Positions 39,699-50,584 of a DNA stretch of 64,000 nt are shown here, in pieces. The notes below the pieces were generated by a model. It saw only the letters and a program-made list of their open reading frames with translations, was not told where the DNA came from and did no database searches. The first letter of the stretch is position 1; each line of letters opens with the position of its first letter. The position numbers were made by a program, and so were the translations under genes. Source of the stretch: Oculina patagonica (Eukaryota); assembly GCF_052425735.1 (NCBI RefSeq), contig NC_135771.1, forward strand, positions 3,596,001 through 3,660,000. The letters are read 5' to 3'.

Positions 39699-40046
39699 AA
39701 AATAAACACAGACACTCGATATCTTCACCAGCTAAACTCAGCATTGTTTGGCCCAAAAGCAATTTTAAAAACATCCCAGAGCTGAAATCCCCTTCCCCTC
39801 CCCGGAAGTAGCGTGAAGGTCACAAGACCCAGACGTTTATTTGTGATCGTGTCAAACGCGTGACAAATTAATTTGTTTCCGAGAATTGAGAAATTTTATT
39901 CCCCTTTTAGCAATTTGTTTCCGAACCATCGCTATAAAAAGGAAGCACTATCCACTGTTGCACATAGACGAAGCTGAACTCAACTTGAACAAACAGTACC
40001 TTAACACAAGTCTCGAAAAAGAGAATCGATTTTATCGAATTTAACG

Positions 40047-40541
40047 ATGGCTGGCACTGGTGGTTTTAAAAGTTATTTCGATCGCAACGTCCCATCGATC
40101 GCAATCCACAGTCTTTTTGACAAATACGATACAAAAAGAGACGGAAAGCTCGACGAAAGAGAGATGAAATCTTTCCTGGAGGAGGCGTTAGGTCTGGACT
40201 TTCAGCAGTCGGAAATTTACTTTTTTCTCCTGGACAAAGATGGCGACCAAGGTGTCTCTTATGAAGAGTTTAAGGACTGGCTACGAAGCGAGGAAAGATT
40301 CCAACGATTGGACGACCACTGTAAGTTTGAGCGAGTCTGCATGGCGTATGAATATTTCAAAACATTTGACACGGATAACAGCGGGACTTTGGACAGGGCG
40401 CAGTTCGAGTTGATGATGAAATATCTCGGTTACCATCACCTAGATATGGACAAAGCCTTTGCAAAGATGAACAGACACAACAATGGAAAGCTTTCCTTCT
40501 GGGAATTCATGATATGGCTGAACTGGGCACCCGTTGAATAG
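40047..40541 (+). CDS. Intronless calmodulin-like 4-EF-hand protein (164 aa), paralog type B
   Basis: Loops DTKRDGKLDERE, DKDGDQGVSYEE, DTDNSGTLDRAQ, NRHNNGKLSFWE; TATA box tataaaaa at ~39933. Confidence 0.9.
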   Translation: MAGTGGFKSYFDRNVPSIAIHSLFDKYDTKRDGKLDEREMKSFLEEALGLDFQQSEIYFFLLDKDGDQGVSYEEFKDWLRSEERFQRLDDHCKFERVCMAYEYFKTFDTDNSGTLDRAQFELMMKYLGYHHLDMDKAFAKMNRHNNGKLSFWEFMIWLNWAPVE

Positions 40542-40883
40542 TCACCCTTCTGCCTAAGAACAGTTCTAAAGTAGAAAGTGGTGCATGGCAAAATGTTTCG
40601 ACGCTGTTGTCGCCGTGGACTTGAGTACGAGCTCAACACGTTTCTTTGGTCAAATTCGGCGGAAAGAAAAAGACATTTTAATGGAATGAGATCATTAGAA
40701 AAACAGTGAACGTTATTTTCTAGTCTAGACGTTTGTACTCTTGTTTAAACCGTTAACTTCAGGCTGTACTTATTGTAAATAGTTTTTTTGTCTTTTTTAT
40801 GACGACGAGATGCTACGCATGTCAATGAGATCGTGTGATGTTCAGATGATAAATTTCCTGTTGTATAAAGTTTCACATGGGTG

Positions 40884-43800
40884 TATAATGAGAATTATAC
40901 TAGGGCCGCCAAGCGGCCTGAAGTAATAATTCGGATTATATAAACAGACGAAGTGAGAAATATATGAGAAAACAAATGGTAGGAATTTCCCAGTTAGTGC
41001 TTCAAACCACTTTTTAACGCTAAAAATATAAGGGGTACCCCCTTAAAAGTAAAACAAGGGCCTGGGTCTACCCATAAGGCCCTGGTGCCTAGGTCACGCG
41101 GATCCATGATCCTTCGCTGGCTTTTTGACGCCGTGAAATAGACAGGCAAAGCAACACCCTATAAATACACCAGGGAAGGGTGAAGGGTGGGAACCTCATA
41201 TATTTCTCACTTCGTCTGTTTATATAATCCGAATTATTACTTCAGGCCGCTTGGCGGCCCTAGTATAATTCTCATTATATTTCACAGACTCCGTTCGAAA
41301 TATATGAGAAAACAAATGGTAGTTTTTAACGCCACTTGTATAAGCAATTAAAAAATCATAACACAGCCAGTTTCCAAGTAAACTTAAATGAGAGGAAAAA
41401 CCTCGATGTCAGTGTAGAACGGCTGTTTCATCTACCTTGAGGAAAAAACCTCCATAGCAAGGTTTAAATTAAACATGGGATAACAGTAAAATGTGCTGAA
41501 TGCAGTTTAAGCACAAGACCAATAGGTCATCTAATGCAAAAAGTAAGTGTGAGAAATTTACTGGCGGCTGCTATTGTAGAAGCAACACACACTAGCATAG
41601 CTTTAAAATATGACTGTCTATTCCTGCTGCACACATAAAAAATTTTCTAGCCAGCCCACAATGCGTTATAACGGTTTGTGGGGCAGTCTAATTGAAATTA
41701 ACAACTAAACGGTTGACAGAATGTATGTTCCTAAAAAGATAAAATAACTAAATATCGTTGAAGACATTATTTGGGAGAAAGCTTTTTGCCTTGGTCAAAG
41801 ACGGGCAAAAAAATGCTTCTGTAGGTTTGTCTGAATCGAGCCTAAAATATCAGATTTTCTAAGCATAATATAACATATAGCGAGTAAGAAGACACCGCAA
41901 AAAACTCCGTTAGGAGAGTTGAGGTCAGAGATAAATGTAAACTCAGGGAGAACAACTTCCTGGCTGGGTGAACTTAAAGTGTTAGGGGCTATAGTAGCTT
42001 TTTATAACAATGAATAACGTGTGTACTACCGCCCGAAAACATACACCCATTTGCCGCGGTTTTGCTCAAGGCGATTTCGCCTAGGAACTCCGACAGACGC
42101 GGCGCGGGCGGATTTTTCTGGATTTACCGACGTCTGCCGCGGCAAGTGAGGCCGCAGTGTAGTAAGTTATAACGGCAGTTTAGATAGGCTACAGATACAC
42201 TTGTGTTATGTTCAAGAACGTAACATTTGCCGGTGTGATACCGTAATCCCTTGCTTGGCAAAAAATAGACGGGTTCCAATAAACTTGGTATACGTGACAT
42301 ACACCAAAATAAATAATTATTATTATGTAAAACGACTTATTTGGATAATTGTGGACCCAGACTTCCCTCTTGCTTTCATAGCAGATCAGTCGTTTTCTCG
42401 AAGGAGAAGTTTGTTTAGTTAAAACTTCTGTTTTTTTTTAATAATTAAAAAGCCCAAGCTTTAAAATAAAAACTGAATGAAAATATGCTTGAAGTGGTAT
42501 AAAATAATAGCAACTAATTGAATTACTCAAGTCGCTTAAAAACAAGGACTTCACGCATTCCATTTAATTTGGCACTGCAAAACTGTCCACATTTCGCTAT
42601 GAAGGAAAGTTTTTTACGCCAAAAATGCATTTATAATAATCAATTTACATTACACCATGTAATGTAAACTTATGTAAACTTTGAGGTTATGGAAAACCCT
42701 TTAAGCGATTTTCTTATTTCATGATCTGCAATCATCTGCTTCTAAACGTGAAATAAATGCGACAGGATACTGTCTTAAGTCTCTGAGTTTAATGTCGATC
42801 TGACAAACAAACAAATAAACATATGGGTATTCGCCAGGTTCACTTGTAGGCTTTTATTAGGAACGGAACGTAAAAGGCGGGAAATATACAGGCATTTGCC
42901 AAATGGCTAGTAAAATCAGAACGATAAGATTTGATAGCCATGGGCTTCGCGATGTGATATTCCGCGAAGCAGACAGTGAGAACAGTGTAGAATCTTGCTG
43001 CTTTTTCCTGACGGAATGGTAAAATCACTAACATTGAAAACAATTATGAAACCCAGTAAGTGGGTAAGCACCGATGTTGAAATATGAATGATTTTCCAAG
43101 GTTACTTGTTAACCTTAAAGGACTGGTGGAGAGCCACTTCAGAGTGTTTTGACGACTTCCTTAGTTGCCGAAGTCAAAGGTTTATAAGGACTTGAATAGA
43201 CTTTCACTTGAAGAAAGTTGAAAGAGGCTTAATCAATTCTGTAGGGCCAAACACAGGCCGAATGGGCGGGTCTTGAACCGGAACATATTCCCGTACGAAA
43301 AAATAGTCAATTTTGAGAAAAACTCGTAACGAGAACTGAAATGAACGAGTCCTTAAAAATGTACTTGACATAAAAACTCCTAGTAAAAGCGACGCTTTTA
43401 AGCAACTGATGTTTTCCGTCTGGAAAGGTTCGGTACAATGAACTTCATTTGATCGGGTCTATCACTAGACACATGGGTCCTAGGTTTTTGGTACCAGGAA
43501 AACGAGCTTCCGTGAAAAAAATCGTGTCGTGAAAAGGGAAATCTTTCATAAAGATCCTTTTCGTGGTAACCTATGAAGTGCTGGAATAATACAAGAGCCT
43601 CCTGACCCGATACGCGGGTAAAGGTGGAGACATATAGGGATGGTATATTAAAAACCGAAGGCTCATTTCTGAGAACCCGCAATGATGTGGAGAATACACG
43701 GTACGGTTTTGGGGCGATTTTTAAGTCACAAGGCGCTAGGAGTAATTGTACTGTGCGAGTCTAATTGACTTCACCTTTTGACCGTCGTCAACGCTAATTC

Positions 43801-45672
43801 TGGTAGCTCTGCAAGGGTTACGACCTGGTTCAGGCTGCAAGAAACACTCTGTTTGCAGAGAACAGAAAGAGCCATAGTTGTAATTTTGAACAAATTTACT
43901 GTGGTAAAATTAAGTTTCTATTTATCTGTCTGATGTCTCAAAATAGACAGAAAAGCATTTGCTCTGCCAGCAGGTAAAGCTTGCAGCATGGTTAATTATC
44001 ACATAAGTTGGACCTCAATCATACACCAGGGGCACCATACATGGGGCCAGTGGCATTCTAGAAGTCAAGGCAAACAATGAACATTGGACCTTGTCCCTTT
44101 CTTGGACAGAATATCTCATTCAAAGGGAAACTTGATTTGACAATTGCTGATCAAGTTTTGGGAGCAGATAGTGCATCCACTTGAGGAGTTCCCAATCTTC
44201 CAGAATAAGAAGATATTGCTTATATATAATAATATATATTTGCAAAAGTTAGTATCCACAAATTTGGGGAAAGAGGATAATGGTTTCCAGGAGGTTGACT
44301 TGGAAGTGAGTCGAACAGACCATTATCATCACTGTAATACTGTACTTAAGTTTGCAGCTTCGTCAGATATGTCTTATCAGACTCTGTTTGTTTCTAAATG
44401 GTCTCTACGAGTGCTATCATTATAAGACTGCATTGAGTTCCCAGCTTCTTTAGATGTCTATCAGACTCGGTTTGTTCCTTAATAAGCTCGACGAGTGCCT
44501 AAAATAGGCTCTACAGGTGCCTGAATAGGCAATATTGGTGCCTCAATGGGCTCTATTGGTGCCTCAATAGGTAATATTGGTGCCTGAATAGGCGATATTG
44601 GTTCCTGAATTCATAGGCAATATTGGTGCCTGAATAGGCAATATTGGTGCCTGAATAGGTAATATTGGTGCCTGAATAGGCGATATTGGTGCCTGAATAG
44701 GCAATATTGCTGCCTGAATAGGCAATATTGGTGCCTGAATAGGCAATATTGGTGCCTCAATAGGCAATATTGGTGCCTGAATAGGCGATATTGGTTCCTG
44801 AATAGGCAATATTGGTGCCTGAATAGGCAATATTGGTTCCTGAATAGGCAATATTGGTGCCTCAATGGGCTCTATTGGTGCCTCAATAGGCAATATTGGT
44901 GCCTAAATAGGCGATATTGGTTCCTGAATAAGCAATATTGGTGCCTCAATAGGCAATGTTGGTGCCTGAATAGGCTCTATGGGTGCCTAAATAGGCTCCA
45001 CAGGTGCCCGAACGGGCGCAGCAGAAGTCCAAATGACTTATCGGTCGCCAAAGGTTCGCTGAACTTCTATCCTGACGAGTCATTAGCCATAATCGACAGA
45101 TCATCAGACTGAACTTGTTCGCAGCGAATCTATTCGCTCGTAAAGACTCTCGAGCGAGAGAAGAATCTCCTGAAGAGTATCATCGTCTTCTACGTAAAAG
45201 GTCTTTGCGTCGTTTGGCAGGACCATTCATCACGTATTTCAGGCAGACGCCGAAACAGTTTCGGCGGGAAGATGGCGACCAGCAACGAGTCCTTCTATGC
45301 GACTTTGTGTTGCCAAATGGATATCTTCAGCGATGCAATATATCTGAAGAGCGACAAAATATCGCTAAAAAGAAACCTGCTGTGCCAAAAACACAGAGGA
45401 ATAGCCTGAAAAGGTAAAAAATTAGCAAAAATACAAGATAAAGGGCAAATACTTACCGTAGGGTTTGAAGCACAAGGAAAAAAAGCCAGCGAAGGATCAT
45501 GGATCCGCGGGACCTAGGCACCAGGGCCTTATGGGTAGACCCAGGCCCTTGTTTTACTTTTAAGGGGGTACCCCTTATATTTTTAGCGTTAAAAAGTGGT
45601 TTGAAGCACTAACTGGGAAATTCCTACCATTTGTTTTCTCATATATTTCGAACGGAGTCTGTGAAATATAAT
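40884..45672 (-). mobile_element. DIRS1-like tyrosine-recombinase retrotransposon, non-autonomous (coding region decayed)
   Basis: ~170-bp ITRs at 40957-41126 and 45480-45649. The internal complementary region (41195-41322) joins the complements of both element ends through attata. TATAAT lies at both boundaries. Weak minus-strand remnants resemble YR (AGID...AST, ~41570-41630) and RT (YSDD, ~44325). Confidence 0.85.
44497..45011. repeat. 21-bp minisatellite inside the DIRS-like element
   Basis: About 24 units of ggtgcctgaataggcaatatt. Confidence 0.9.
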
Positions 45673-47135
45673 AAATTAATTAAACTAATCTTCCACAGCA
45701 GTCATTTATTATGAGTTCTTGCTACTTTTCGTATATCTATAAGTTACTTTTCGATACAAATAAAAATTAATACAATTTACCGAGATGATAAGTTCCCTTT
45801 TCTCACTTCAGCGAAACCCTCTGATAACTAAGTGCCAGGGCCCTGTTCCAATGTTTTTTTTTTAACTGTGGGACTGGTCATCGCAGACAAAAACAATGGA
45901 ACTGGGACTAGTATTTGGGAAAACAGTAGGCTGAGAAATGGAATTTGTGCAAAATGTGGGCTTGGATAATGGCATTTATACCCAACTCCCCCCCCCCCAC
46001 CCCCCCCCCCGTGCCCTCATACCGCCGGGTACTTTAGGGGTTCTAATGTGCGCTTGAATTTGTCATAAGAGTGAGGGTCCCTTCTGGAGATTACCGAATT
46101 TCAGTCACACGAGCAACTCTTCCTTTACAAGTCTTCATACCACAAGGTTTACTTATTAACTGCGCTGCGCAGTTCTTGCTCTGCACGGGGTTTATTATTA
46201 TTTTTCGTTTTGTCGGTGACCTGTCCCAAACCTCCACTCGGTCATGCTTAATGTCACGCGATGTTTAGAAGCTACAAATCAGTAACAAATGGATAAATTT
46301 TCTTATTTTTTGTCTTTACAAAAAATGTTTAGTGTGAAATATACAATTTTGAAGCGTTTTATTCAAAGAAAATTCTAAATTTCTATGCGTCGAGAGAAGA
46401 ATATATTTCAGCGGGCCAGAATCTGTGAATAAATACCATTACGTTGGTGTAAAAGAATGTGCTGACATGACAAGTTTCACTTTCGATCGGCTAGACCTCG
46501 AGTCACGTAATTTTTCAAAGCTATTATCAGCTACCTTTCAAATCTTTGCGAAGCCATTCTTCTTTACTTACAAAATTCAGTGTGAAGTATTTTGAAGCGT
46601 TTGAATCGAAGAAAATACTAAAATTTTACGCTTTAAAAAGATACGCTTTAGCGGGCAAGAATTTACATTTATTTACATTACGTTTGTGTCCTGGAATGTG
46701 CTGGCGTTAGCAAATTTTTACTTTCACAAGGCACTGATCGGCAAGAATCACGCAATGCTCTGAAAGGTTTGAATCTGCCACAAACAAATCCTCTGGTCTA
46801 AACTTAGCATGTTAAGTGTGAAACGTTCGACGTTTTAGCGTTATTTATTTTTGGAACTGTGTCATCTATAGGATTTCTGAAATCTGATGGAAAACCACTG
46901 AGACAAACATGCCCTGACTTGCAAGGGTTACGTCATTGCTAAATTGATTCTCCGGGGAATTCCCATTCAGCAAAACACAGGTCTAGTGTTTTTCTCAAAT
47001 TTGATTTAATTATTTGCTCCAATATTCCATTTTCGGAGCTGGTTATTCAATCTTTAAACGGTAATTCAAGACAACACTGGATGCTGATTTAAAAGATTTT
47101 TTGTTTCACGGATCAGGATCGTGGGAATAGGCCTA

Positions 47136-47274
47136 AAGCCTGGTTCTCATATGATCGTCCCGATCGTCTCTGTCGCTTCTGTCGCTTCAAAAAGTTTGCT
47201 TGCTCCAATCACCTCAGACTTTGCAAACGACAGAAGCGACAGAGACGATCGGGGCGATCATATGAGAACCAGCC
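47136..47274. mobile_element. PIF/Harbinger-like MITE nested in another MITE
   Basis: taa|agcctggttctcatatgatcg ... cgatcatatgagaaccagcct|taa. Confidence 0.7.
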
Positions 47275-47876
47275 TTAATGCGTGATAACGTCATATGCTC
47301 AAAATTCACCACCAAGCCTCGTTTACACGAATTATTCTTAAAGTTCTGCCATCTTCATGCAGTTTTCACGTGGGTATTCCTTTTATCTTTGCTGCTTAGG
47401 GAATTCGTTCGTGATAAAATTTGCAAGCTTTCATTTCGAAAGCGAGGCTTGGTGGTGAAACAAGCACGTCTGACTTAAACATGCATTACGGCTATTAAAT
47501 TTGGCCAGCATTAGCATATAAGAAAAATATTTAATTTCGGATGGAACTAGTCAACCATGAAATGTCACGCAAGGTGTTTTCCTACCATCTTGTTTGTCAG
47601 TCGCAACATTGTTCGACGCAGGTAAAGAGGGTAAGGGGGGGGGGGGTGCATTTTTTGTTCCCCCACATGGCTCCCCTAAAGTGCTCACGAGACCAGCGCA
47701 GTTGTAAGCTCTATGAGCTCTTGTTTGCTTATGCGTCAGCGAACGACAAAGTATAGAAGGTTTTCCTTGAAAAGGTTCCTTCAAAAACTGGCGTGGGAGT
47801 GTTTGAACAACAAGGAGACTTCAAGGAAAAACGTGCACGGGTCAAAGCGGAAAAATAGTCAAACAGTCTAGTCTAT

Positions 47877-49195
47877 ATACATTTCACCGATAAAAGGTTA
47901 AAAATAAAACTTAAGGTAAAAGCTGTTAAAATTGATTCTTAACGTTTTCCATCTGTTCGATCATCATCAGAGTGAAAAAATCTGCATACGCTCATCGTTC
48001 TTATAGTTCAGATAACACCAGTTATGTAATATCCGTTCCCATTAAACTGTGTTCAGTTTTAACGGACAATTGTACAAGCAAATAGATGGATGCAGTATGG
48101 GGAACCCATTGTCTCCCACCCTAGCCAACATCTTCATGTGCAAACTAGAGAAAGACATCGTAACACCACAGAATTTGCCATTCTATGACCGGTACGTGGA
48201 TGATTGTTTTAGCAAAAGAAAGGCAAATGCTCCCGACAATCTACTTGATAAGTTAAACAGCTACCATCCAAACATCAAGTTTACCGTGGAAGAAAACCCT
48301 GGCCACTTCCTGGACACTTCTTTCAACCATCATGAGGGAAACTTCACCACCAGCGTCTACCGAAAACCGGGTAAACTACAAGTACATTGGAAATCGGCCA
48401 TCCCAGAAAGGTGGAAGCGCAATACTATTCTAGGGGCCCTACATCGAGCAAAAAGAATAGCCACCAATTGGCAAGCAGAAGTCAAAGCCATCAAACATTC
48501 ATTCATCAAAGCAGGATACCCCACGAAATTGGTGAATGAAGTCATCCGCGATTTTGAAAACCCAAAAAGCGACGAAACAATAATTCCTGTCCACTGGTTC
48601 GATGAAAGACCTAAACTTGGAATTCGCATCCCTTTCTGCAGAACAAATGAAGTAGAAAGTAGGAAATTCTTAAAGAAGCTTAACATGTACACCAAATGGA
48701 GGTTTAACTTCTTCATAATGTGGCAAACACGCAAGACGGAATCAATCTTCAAGTTAAAAGACAAAATCACACACCCGTCACACGTGTAATTGGCAAGTGT
48801 AATTGTGGAGTAACATACATTGGCGAAACAGCACGCAACCTCGAGGTTCGTGTTAACGAACATTCAGATGTCAATAAGCAGTCAGAGCCAGCCAAGCACA
48901 TCAGAAAACACCCTAATCACAAGTTCACGTGGAATGTTTTAACCACTGCCCACTCATGGTTAAAAAGAAGAATAAAAGAAGCATTCTACATTGCACGCTA
49001 CCACCCTGAACTAAACAAACAAGTGCAATCACTGGACCTCACCTTGTTCCCAATGGGAACGGGTATTACATAACTGGTGTTATCTGAACTAGAAGAACGA
49101 TGAGCGTATGCAGATTTTTTCACTCTGATGATGATCGAACAGATTGAAAACGTTAAGAATCAATTTTAACAGCTTTTACCTTAAGTTTTATTTTT
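47877..49195 (+). mobile_element. 5'-truncated Penelope-like retroelement (RT plus GIY-YIG endonuclease, frameshifted) with an inverted pseudo-LTR
   Basis: RT at 48049-48789 (FNGQLYKQIDGCSMGNPLSPTLANIFM, RYVDD, FLD); GIY-YIG to 49073 (CNCGVTYIGETARNLEVRVNEH, RRIKEAFYI, PELN); 47900-48043 is the inverted copy of 49052-49195; 12-bp TSD agtctagtctat at 47865-47876 and 49196-49207. Confidence 0.92.
49121..49158 (+). ncRNA. Degenerate minimal hammerhead-like motif in the Penelope pLTR (inverted copy at ~47938-47974)
   Basis: ctgatga-t-gatc(gaaca)gatt-gaaa-acgt-ta; stem I is weak. Confidence 0.5.
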
Positions 49196-49313
49196 AGTCT
49201 AGTCTATGGTAATGAGCTCCTGGTCTATGACGTTTTGGGAAATTACTTACAACGGCGATTATTAGTTTGCAGGAGAAAATAAAACTTGTGAAAGAAAACT
49301 TCGAAAAGTACAC

Positions 49314-49450
49314 TAGCCTCAGCGTAGCTGGCGGTTTTGTTGGGGTTGAAATGAGCGGCGAAGCCGCGAGTTTCGCCGCTCGTTGTCGCGGCTCCGCCGC
49401 TTGCTTGTGTGCGCTTTAAACTCCAACAAAACCACCAGCTACGCAAGCTA
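49314..49450. mobile_element. TAG...CTA palindromic mini-element
   Basis: tagcctcagcgtagctggcggttttg / caaaaccaccagctacgcaagcta; TSD aaagtacac / aaagtaaac. Confidence 0.7.
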
Positions 49451-50101
49451 AAAGTAAACTGGCTGTTTGTACTCACAATCAATAAAAGTTTCAAGAAAAA
49501 AAATTCAAAAGTTGAAAAATAATTAGTTTTAAAAGCAAATTTCCCCTTTGGTGTAAAACAACACGCGCGACAAGAGAGTAAAAAACCGGCTGTTTTTCTC
49601 AGGCATGATTTATCTCACTGGGCTTTTACGAGTGCTAAGTGCTTTTTTGAGCACAATACATCCGCTTTCTTTTGTGACGCACGAAAAATAAAATAAACAA
49701 TTCCTCAAAGGCCTTCCGATGAATGCTGCGTGCCGATTAGTGTGACGTCAAGATAAATAATTATACAAAACTCGTTGTATAAACTTTCTTGTTTTCAACG
49801 AAAAGTAAAAATACTATGAACCAAATGATGGTCTAAGAACGACCGATATTCCCAATATATTTTTTTATTACCTGCACTCCGAGTTAATAATTTTTAATAT
49901 ACCGATGCAGTGCTGCGTCACGCGGCGTTGGAGTCGAAGCGTGTCGAAGCGTGACGCGATGTTTATTTTTATCAACACGGAATTAAAATTACAAATCACC
50001 AGCTTATAAAAACCACCTGTTTTTCATCTCAGAGCACTGTAAGACTCAAGAGAACAACCTTTCTCAGCCATACACTAACGCTTTCGTTGATTTGATTTGC
50101 T

Positions 50102-50584
50102 ATGCAAGCAGGGACAAGCTTTTTCGATGATAATACTCCATCGATTGTTATTCGAAGCTTGTTCGACAAGTACGACAAAGATGGTTCTGGAAGGCTAAAT
50201 TACAGCGAGATAAATGACCTTTTACAGAACGATCTAGGATTTTCGAAAGAGCAAGCGAAAGTTTATTCGTTGCTGTTGGACAGGAACGGAGATCAGACCG
50301 TTTCTTTTCAAGAATTTCTCGACTGGATACATAGTGGGGAACGTTTCAAGGTGATCAATGACAAAACAAGATTCAAGACTCTGTGCAAAGCGGTGGAATT
50401 GTTCAAAACTTATGATGCGGACAACAGTAATAACTTGAGCAAAGATGAATTCAAACATTTGCTTGATTCCCTTGGTTATCAAGGAGTCGATGTGGAAAGG
50501 TTTTTCGAATACCTGGACTCGCACAACAATGGAAACATTTCTTTCTGGGAGTTGATGAAATGGCTAAACTGGGTTCCTGTTTAG
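50102..50584 (+). CDS. Intronless calmodulin-like 4-EF-hand protein (160 aa), paralog type A
   Basis: Loops DKDGSGRLNYSE, DRNGDQTVSFQE, DADNSNNLSKDE, DSHNNGNISFWE; TATA box at ~50005. Confidence 0.9.
   Translation: MQAGTSFFDDNTPSIVIRSLFDKYDKDGSGRLNYSEINDLLQNDLGFSKEQAKVYSLLLDRNGDQTVSFQEFLDWIHSGERFKVINDKTRFKTLCKAVELFKTYDADNSNNLSKDEFKHLLDSLGYQGVDVERFFEYLDSHNNGNISFWELMKWLNWVPV

Noticed and set aside
45115-45417. 100-aa plus-strand ORF inside the DIRS element
   Set aside because: It has a non-ATG start, is antisense to the element and has no recognisable domain.
23163-50584. EF-hand genes as true calmodulin or aequorin-type photoproteins
   Set aside because: They lack the near-invariant calmodulin sequence. 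They are shorter than photoproteins and have a canonical EF2, which photoproteins lack.
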